64,000 bases of DNA from Bugula neritina. Taxonomy: Eukaryota; Animalia; Bryozoa. Positions 55,801-64,000 of the stretch are shown piece after piece. Position numbers and translations under genes: made by a program. The stretch is from the NCBI GenBank assembly GCA_964035545.1, contig OZ037765.1, positions 14,022,698 to 14,086,697 of the forward strand, written 5' to 3'. The notes under the pieces are model-generated. The model made no database searches. It saw only the letters and a program-made list of their open reading frames with translations, and was not told the DNA's origin. How positions within the stretch are numbered: the stretch's first letter is position 1; every line of letters starts with the position of its first letter.

Positions 55801-58800
55801 GGCATTTAGATATCGATTGCTTGCTACTCCAGGGATCTTTGACGCTTTTCCTCCTATTGTCCTGATATGAAATAAACAGTTTATTTTGAGTGTAAGAAAT
55901 GTGTATGGCACAGCACAAGTCATCTACCACCAAAAAAATGACTCTTTAGTTTGATAGGTATATGTACAAAACGCACACTCACATTGGCACCATATACTCA
56001 AAGTTTCCTATCTTTAGAGTGTTGCAGTTAGTGAGGAATATAGAGTGAGAGGATATATAATTATGAAGCAGGTTGCTCTGGTGAATATAGATTAAACCGT
56101 CACACATTTGAACTCCTGCTTCCACTATAGAATGACTGGCTGGTTGCTGGTTCTATAAACGACAGACAGTTACATTAGATCCATGGGGATAAAGCTCGTA
56201 CAGTTAATCAAACCACATTAAATTATAAAAACAAATATTTAAGGGTAGTATAGAAACTAATTATAAGGACACCTTTTCATGAAGGTAGTGATACAGAGAT
56301 CCAAAATATATTCTTTCAAATACCAAGACGAGGCCTTCCAAGTTGTCTGTAGCACATGTCGCCATAAGAAGTAGAACATTAGGGTGACGCAAATGTCTAT
56401 AATAATAAATTATGACAAAAAGGAAGTCAGGTAATAATGAAACGGAGTCATCAATTGGTATGGTTAGTCAATAGAACACCTCTTGTCATGCTTCATTGAC
56501 AAACAACACACGTGTATATGACTAAGATAAAGTGATAAAATGCTGCTTAAATTTTATAGTTGTACTAAATGGTACAGTTATATTCCATGTTTTAAACATG
56601 TCTCAATCACTTCCTGGGATTGGAAATACAGGAAGCAATGCCTGTTTGCTCAAACTAAGAGCTCTTTAAGCCCCATCTTGTCAAATTTTTATGATATACA
56701 TCAAACCATTAAAGAATCTTTTTTATGATCTTAGCAAATAAAAAGCCTAATTAAATTGATCAATCAATTTTTCAATAGAATGTGTTTCTTCCCTTTACCA
56801 CACCAGACGTTCAAATTAATAATGATTAAATAAGAGAAGTCGTAGAACCTGAGTCTCTCTCTACCGTTCTAGTTTTCCTTATTACACACCAAAAACATTT
56901 CCATGGAGTGCAATTACCAAACACTTATGGAATCACAATATTTCCGTACCATAAATTACCAATTACTAGACAAATCTTCAACATGTCTGAATAAATATAC
57001 ATCTATTTTTGTAGTCCCTTACTGGAAAGTTTTTTAAAGCTAATAGAAAAATTGAGCGTAAAGTATGACTGTATAGATTTGCCAGACAATCCAACTACTA
57101 CTAATCCTGGAAAAGCTAGAGTGATACTAGAATGTAGAAACAAGCAGACTTACGCGATGGATTCGCATTCTTTGATCAGTAAGTCAACCACACCGCCCTT
57201 AGGAGGATCATGCCGCAACCTCTTAACAGTCACCTTTGTTGGGCCAAACATCATTCTACATGTCAATATATATTCATGGAAATAAGAAATCTTCTCTAGG
57301 TAATATTTAGATGCAGACCCAAGAGAATTGCTTTAGGTTTAAAAAATAAATAAGTTTTTAGATTATTTTATAATTTTGGTTTTGATTAAAAACTTTGAAT
57401 AAGAAATAATCACAGACTGTTTCACTTACTTACCCTTCCATAACAAAGAAGGCATTATTAGGAAAAGTAGTTCCATAGTCATCATGTCTTAACATTGATT
57501 CTGCTATCATAGGTACTGTACTCAGGGTGCCTCCCTTTTCCCCACCATAAACCTAGAATATTTGCATTACTTTTAAAATCTGAATATCAAAAGACTAACT
57601 TAAAAATTAATTTTATAAATTTAATGACTCATGTACAACATATAAATTTTAAATGTATTCATATAAAAGTAATCTCATTTAAAACAACATTTGTTATAAT
57701 AAAAATAATGTTCTATTGGAGAATCTCAGCATTTAAACAGGAGATGGTGCATTTAAAGGAGACTGTAAATAAACAATTTACTTCCTATTAATTAAAAGCA
57801 CACAATATATATTATATACTAAAAAGCCTATAATATTCAATTTAACACTATTTTAGCTTAGAAAATAACATACGGTGACAATTATGTGCAGCAAAAAGTG
57901 TGACTGTGTAGGAATAAACAAACATTATAAAAGCAATCAACATATTGTGATGGCCATGGGATATATTGAACTACCCCCCCCCCCTTTCCCCTGTATGCTC
58001 GGAACCTAGCCTACATGTTCTATATTATAGACAAGTTATTTAAGCTTCACGTTCCACTACCAGCTGCATGACGGCACTCTGGGATGCCGCACAGCCGCAG
58101 TCTGTGATGTCGGCCGCTGCTGCGGCTTGACAGCCGGAACCCGAGGGGGCCAATCGGCATGAAGCTCTCCTTTATAAACGGGAAATTCTGTATGCCTAGT
58201 GACACTTGGCTAGTAGGATTGTTATAGTTTCCCAGAACTATAATTTGTGGGTCTGCTATGTATGCTGCCAATTACTGCATTGCCTGAATATTAGGTATGT
58301 AATCAACCCGAGTATAATTTAGAACCGTGAGAATATACGTGTATTGAATAACAAGATATAAGTGGGAAAAACGTTACATCAGTCGATAAAATAGAAAACA
58401 CATCAGAATATACAAGTTAGTTGTCTACTACTAGCCTAGCCGGTTTCTACTGAGCGCGCCGGAAGATACTGTTTATAAGAGAGCAGGTCACGTGCCTATC
58501 TCGAAGCTGATTGGAGTATATCTTGTTAGCGTATGCCAGTCACGTTGTCTTTCCACATACCAGCGGGAAGACTAGGAGAAATGCCATGACTAAGTTATAA
58601 TATAATACAGATTATAAGCCAATGTTTAGTAGGGGTCCAGAGAGCTTGCACTTCTGACAACCATTACAAGATTACTGAAGCGATTACTTATGTGTAGTTT
58701 TGTCCAATGTTATTATCTTTTACCTTGATGTTACAATAATTGTTAAGTACTGTAAATATAATTTATTCTCTCCTGGATTACAATCGTAGTTTTCTCTCTC

Positions 58801-60467
58801 AAACAAACAAAGGGTATATTCTAGCTTTACAACACAAGTATAACCCACAACTCAGTAGCTTCACTGCGTAAAACTACAGTCTTTTGACTTTAAAGACATG
58901 GCTAGCTATAAGTTCCGAGTGCAAACCAGCTAGAGGGTACAAGTTTAAACGATACAAAAACTATTCATTGACAATTATTTATATACAAACAATATTGGAT
59001 AAAACCTTTTTCTTTTATACAACATATGGTTTGAAATTTATACTGAATACTTATTTCATAACACCTAGATTGATGTTATTGATCAATATATAAATGTGCA
59101 TATATTTATTATATATAACATATTAGCATAAATTACAAACCTTTCCATATCCAAGACTCATAAGGCTAGCTGTAGCTTTGACAGTGGCCTCATTTTTTCC
59201 TCCGCCTTTACTGCTTATCCGTTTAAACAATTGCGCCATAGACCCTACATTATCAGATGGCCTAAAGAAAATGAGAGGCAATAATTATTCATGCACAACC
59301 AGGGCTTATAAAAAAAAGTATAACCTCTGATAAAACAAAGTGCCAACACAAAAATTCTGGTACGCACATAGGTACTTAGCTAGGAAAAAAGCAGTGTGTG
59401 CACTAAAAAGTCTACGGAATGGTCTACCCATACAGTTGAACAGCAAAAATTATGCTATAGATTCAGCTTCAAGCATACAAGTCTATGACTTTAAAATTAT
59501 ATGGCAAAGAGCATGGCGGCTATATCTGAATACAAATAGAAACCTAAACATTCAGACTATACCTTTTGTTGCAATTCTACATAAACTAAGGGTGTAAACT
59601 TTTTATAGCCACACACCCCTCTCTCTGATACCTAATTACACATGGATAAAAACACCCAAGGAAATGTCAATAATTTCAAATGATTAAACAGAGATAGTTT
59701 TAAAAACAATTATTAAGCAGCCTTATACAGAAATAACATGACAGCAAATATTTTAGATACCTTCGCATAAACATAGAAGACTGATGTTCTAAAAGAACAT
59801 CTCGGCCAGAATGTGTCATGGCAAACATCCGGGTCTTCACTATGTACTCTACCATCAACTGTCTTTTCTTAGCATTGGGATTCAATAAAGCCCAATCTTT
59901 TGCTGTGCGCTGATCTTTATCATGAAAGCGAAAGTCAGCACCTCTTTCAACTAACTCACTTACAATCTTTATGCACCCACTATAGCAAGCAGCATGCAAT
60001 GGAGTTTGTCCTTGATCGCTCGGTCTAAACATATGAGAAAGTTGATCATCTCAATTTAATTGAAAGCAAAGCTGATGGACTAATGTGTGTACAGTGAACA
60101 GTACCATATTCCCTGTACACACAACTATGCATTATTCAATTGAATAGCCACAAACCTAAATATATAGCACAAATTGTTTACCAACCAGCAACAATTAAAC
60201 TTAACTACTAGCTGCATAAAACACCACTTACTCATTTGGATTTGCCCCTTGCTCTACAAGATATTTAACACACTCTTCTTCAGCTTCAAAACAGGCAACA
60301 AACAATACTGTTTGTCCATCATCATTCTTAACATCGACATTAGAAATATTTCCAGATTCTATTAGCTTCTTTAGCACTTTTTTATTGCCCTTTTGTGCCG
60401 CAGCAAAATAGTCTTTTTGATTGTGACTCAAACTGTGAGTTGCACCAATTTTCATGAATTCCACCAT
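40895..60467 (-). CDS. TEX14: TEX14-like ankyrin-repeat pseudokinase with a long Ser/Pro-rich tail
   Basis: Exons 60232-60467 and 59761-60024 encode ankyrin repeats. Exons 59141-59261, 57434-57552, 57154-57255, 56273-56396 (LRHPNVLLLMA), 55983-56152 (HNY for HRD, NFE for DFG), 55701-55861 (YNWMPPE) and 55423-55616 lead into and span the kinase-like domain. About 20 low-complexity exons follow, ending LPVKLDNL* at 40895. The tail exon structure is less certain. Confidence 0.8.
43204..43620. mobile_element. Palindromic MITE (~417 bp, ~205-bp arms, minimal loop)
   Basis: TTTTACTTAATTTAGTACACACTG...CAGTGTGTACTAAATTAAGTAAAA arms continue to the centre GGATTGCGGACTGTTA..TAACAGTCCGCAATCC. TSD unclear. 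Confidence 0.88.
48280..49058. mobile_element. Non-autonomous DNA transposon, CAC..GTG termini, AAT TSD
   Basis: ~50-bp TIRs CACGGGCTTTCCATG / CATGGAAAGCCAGTG with AAT on both flanks and many subterminal GATCGATC palindromes. Confidence 0.88.
54043..54170. mobile_element. Small MITE/foldback remnant (128 bp)
   Basis: 27-bp inverted ends ACCGACAG..GCCGAT.TTCGGCAGG and internal TCGGTAACCGA palindromes. Confidence 0.7.
57989..58445 (-). ncRNA. Structured ~455-nt H/ACA-type RNA; telomerase RNA candidate
   Basis: P1-like helix 58428-58436/58208-58216. Crossing helices 58374-58387/58302-58317 and 58363-58369/58228-58234. GC-rich three-way junction closed by 58158-58166/58043-58051. H box AAATAA at 58036-58041, a 3' hairpin, and ACA at 57992-57994. 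No canonical template. Confidence 0.55.
58446..58570 (-). promoter_or_regulatory. Pol II promoter nested in TEX14-like intron 3
   Basis: TATAAA at 58472-58477, E-box CACGTGAC at 58487-58494, CCAATCAG at 58507-58514, ETS-like CTTCCGG at 58459-58465 and a second ACGTGAC at ~58539-58545, in a CpG-rich patch. Confidence 0.65.
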
Positions 60468-61227
60468 CTTTAAGCCTCCTTAGAACTAACGTTCCGAATG
60501 CTAACAACTGATTTTAGCTGAAATTCTTCATAATCTAAAACAGTTGAGACAAATAAATTTAAAAAATATGTTATTATTAATTTTTCTAAATTAAACTTCT
60601 ACAACTTTAGTCAATAATCAATAGATGAAAGAGTTGAGCTATCTGATTGCGCTAAATATCATCAGTTTTTTTAAAGAAAATGTTTAAGTTATGTAACAGA
60701 AAAAAATTATAAAAAACACAAACTCTGCTATGCAATCGCATCAATAAATATTGCTATATCTATAACGCAGCTCAGAAACACAAACTTAGTAATTTGTGAG
60801 ACAAATATGAACGATGAAAGTTCATCTAAAGAGATTTAGGTGCAAATTACAAGCATGCACACATTAAAAAGCCACAAGAGACCCTAAAAAGTTAAAATTT
60901 TCTGGCAGTGAGTTTTTAATTTCAACCAGTGACGCCAGGTCATGCTATGCGCTTTTGCATGAGACTATAGTTGTGTTTGGTGACAAAAAGATATTAAGCA
61001 ACTTGATATTATTACAAAAATTAAGATTATTGAGAAATTAATAATAACTCTACATTTTATAATCACAATACAGGCAAAAAGTAGCAAAACAACATTAAGT
61101 AGAGTAGTAAATTTGCTGCTAATTATCTCAATATGCAATAAAAAATTAAAGCTACCCTAAATTAGATGAATGAATTCCGCAAAGTATTGCTATTCAACTT
61201 CAAAACAAGGTTTTTGATGATTAATAT

Positions 61228-61662
61228 TGTAGCAGATTTTGGAAGTCGCCTTTTATTTTGCAATAGGTCTTCATTTTTTATTGTAAGTCTGAACTCGGTC
61301 AAATTCGGGCATCATAAAGTTTGGTATGTCCGATTCGGCAAGATTTGCGCATCTACTCTGTCAGATGCAGGCAATCGAACGGCCAAATTCCATTTCAAAC
61401 CTTTGAATTCAGACACTTGATTTTGGAATGTTCTGGAATTTTGAAGGTGCTTGAATTCCAGCATAGATAAGGGCGAGCTTCCCAGAAAAAAATCAGTCTA
61501 CTGCTGAGGCTCGAAGATACTACTACTGCTATCAAGACTGCTGTATTTTTGAAGTGAACAAATAAAGTTATTACACCTAGAAATTGTCTTCTCTCTCTCT
61601 TGCAACACAACAAGCTTATGTTTACTAGCTAGGTTCCAACAATAACCTGCAAAATTATCACA
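61228..61662 (+). mobile_element. Putative 5' LTR of the Gypsy element
   Basis: TGT...ACA ends and AATAAA at 61561, followed by PBS TGGTGGCAGC (61664-61673, tRNA-Leu-like). The left boundary is inferred because the second LTR is not in the window. Confidence 0.55.
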
Positions 61663-64000
61663 GTGGTGGCAGCAAAAAGAATATTTTAGAACTACATTTA
61701 AGCTCTGCTGAGAGGGAAGACAAAATGGCGACTGGAGAAAGACTGAAGAGAGAGCACCTCAATATGGAGGCACTAGTCCCAGCTCTCCAAAAGACCCAGC
61801 CGGTAGGACGGGCACCACATGCAGACAGGTAGTGCCTCAAGCCGCCAGTTTTCAATGGGACAGCAACATAGAACAATTAATTCGGGAGTTCGAGAATGTG
61901 GCCACCCTTGCCATGTGCCTGGCACAGGTGGCACTCCTACAACACTGATGCTGCTTGACGGATCAGGTCATGTGCTACAGGGTGGGCCTCAACGTAGGCC
62001 ACATTTTTCAAGCGCTCTGTGTCTGATTAGGAATGACTGCTCCAAATGTCAGGGACCACCTACAGGGATTGAGGCAAGAGCCCAGAATATATCTACATAA
62101 TCATGCTAACCAAGTTGAGAGACTGGCCCAGTTTGCCTACGGCAACCTGGACCGAGAGAATCACCAAACTTTATCATTTGAAGCATTCTCCAGGTTTCTA
62201 AACAACTCCGGTTGCAAAGCTACCTCCTGGCTGCTCCGGTGGAGATGATAGAAGCGCCGCTGGACAAGTGGAGGGCCTACTTCCAGGTCCGGAAACCCCA
62301 GGGTCCAAACTTTACTGCACAACAACTAGAATCAGAATAGAAAGAGAACTCCACCCACCCTGCCGGCACTCCAAGTAGCGGCTGCTACCACAGCCTCATT
62401 GGCCCCCACCAAGTTCTCCATGTTACTGGACATGGTGAAGATGTAGCAGACCCAAGCTGGCAGGCGTGCTCCGTGACTGCGGGACGATTTTGCCAAGCCC
62501 TTTCCTACCACATGTTGGGAGTTCAGGTCAGAAGGACATAGGGTGCCTTCAAACACCCAAGGCCTGCGGTAACTTCCACCAACCACAAGCCCGAGCCAAC
62601 ACCAGTATCCCGGAGGGTCCGATCTGTGCTAAGGGAGGCATGGGCGGAGCCCATCGCCCCTGGGTGAGAAGCGCCTTGGAGATCTCAGAGACTACGAGGT
62701 CTATTCAAACCATTGGCTTGGCCACTCAGCAACCGGTTTGCGGGGTTATCCGACGAGGTTGTGGAGGAAGAGTTATCCTATGCTCAGGAGTTTCTCAGAT
62801 TGCCCGCCAAACCTCAGAAAACTCTCAAACTCATCAAGACATGGAAGAGGCTTACTGTAAGAACTCAAGAAATGTCTCCCCCAAAGACTGACCACCCCAA
62901 AAGCACCCAACCCTACAATAGCAGCTACTTTCTGCCCGGGAGAAGTGCAGGTAAAGCTGCCACTTTCCTGTTGAATACCAGGTGCACTAAAAACCTGCAG
63001 AGTCGGTATTTTTCCGACACTCTTGGTTCCCAAGAGCAGACGGGTCTCGTGCCACATGATAGTGCACATTGTATGTTGGCGGACAGCTCGTGTATTCCAT
63101 TCTACGGCATCATCACACTATCTGGTAGCATCCGCGATCAGGTGATACACAAGACCTTCATTGTCAGCAACGTGAAAGAAAATGCCATCCTGGGCATGCC
63201 AGTCCTGAAGAAACACTAGTGTCACATGGACTTTCAGAAGTCGGCAGTGGTAATGGCCAGGAAGAAACTTGCTTGTGTGGACAAGTTTGGCAGGCCCTTG
63301 GTGGGCAGAGTACAGGTAGCGCAGGACAGCATTATACCCGAGCGCTCCAAAGCCACGCTACCCTGCAGGTTTAACTGCCGGAGGATCACAGAGCTTGAAG
63401 TTGTGGAGGGGATGCATGGGAGAATCCAACTGGCAAACAGCCTGCTGGGGGAAACTTCTTGGGCTAAAGTTGAAGCCCTCCAAGTGCACACGCTTACAGC
63501 AGGAAGTGAAATTTTGGGGACATGTGGTCATTCGGAACAGTGTTGCCACGGACCAAGAGAAAGTATGGACTGTGAAGGAGTGAACTGCTTCCCAAGACCT
63601 CCATGAGTTGCGGTATTCCTGGGCCTGGCAGAGTACTACGGGCAGTACATTTTAGGATTTGCATGGATGGCGGAACTTTTGAATAGGCTAACCGCTAAAG
63701 GGGTCCGGTAGCATCGCACACAGGAAGAGCAGCAGCACTTTGACCACTCCAAGGACCGACTGGTAGAGGCACCCATCCTGACCTACCCAGACCCACCCAA
63801 GGAGTACATCCTAGACACGAACGCCAGCGACTACAACGTGGGGGCTGTGTCTTCAAGTTCAGGGTGGAACAGTGGTGGTAGTGGCTTACTACAGCAAGGC
63901 TCTATCGGCCGCCATGAAAAGCTACTGCGCTACCAAAAAGGAACTCCTAGCAGTAGTCAAGCCAGTCAAGCACTTCCGGCCACATCTGTATGAACGAATG
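61663..64000 (+). mobile_element. Decayed Ty3/Gypsy LTR retrotransposon internal region (gag, protease, RT end, RNase H)
   Basis: gag KPPVFNG, protease FLLNTRCT..AILGM (catalytic Asp lost), RT end LKLKPSKC..VKFWGHVV and RNase H YILDTNASD..VAYYSK..KELLAVV. Many stops and frameshifts. Confidence 0.92.

Noticed and set aside
58047-58271. 74-aa ORF as a protein or alternative TEX14 exon
   Set aside because: TTG start and no motif; the GC content is better explained by RNA helices.
57989-58445. SRP, RNase P/MRP, U3, 7SK or U17 identity for the structured RNA
   Set aside because: Their hallmark motifs (SRP helix 8, P4 GGAAGG/GAAAGUCC, C/D boxes, m1/m2) were not seen; another long H/ACA RNA is not excluded.

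Overview
AT-rich, intron-containing genomic DNA from an invertebrate animal (species not determinable from the window). There are three large minus-strand genes: the 5' part of a CYLD-like gene with three CAP-Gly domains (runs off the left edge), an LRRC74A-like leucine-rich-repeat gene (~31968-38928), and a TEX14-like ankyrin/pseudokinase gene (40895-60467). An accessory block between CYLD and LRRC74 holds three copies of a 6-exon orphan gene: one intact, one frameshifted, and one split by an inversion with a LINE at the breakpoint. The block also holds a small spliced defensin-like peptide gene missed by the ORF track, Penelope-type hammerhead-like motifs around an (AT)30 tract, an internally deleted DNA transposon with ~1 kb TIRs, and several MITEs. 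A decayed Gypsy LTR element occupies the right end. The strongest novel signal is a ~455-nt structured RNA candidate in intron 3 of the TEX14-like gene (minus strand, ~57989-58445). It has its own CCAAT/E-box/TATA promoter, a P1-closed pseudoknot-capable 5' domain, a GC-rich three-way junction and an H/ACA 3' end. This is the architecture of an animal telomerase RNA, but it lacks the canonical TTAGGG template. All pairings and splice models were derived by hand; no searches were run.
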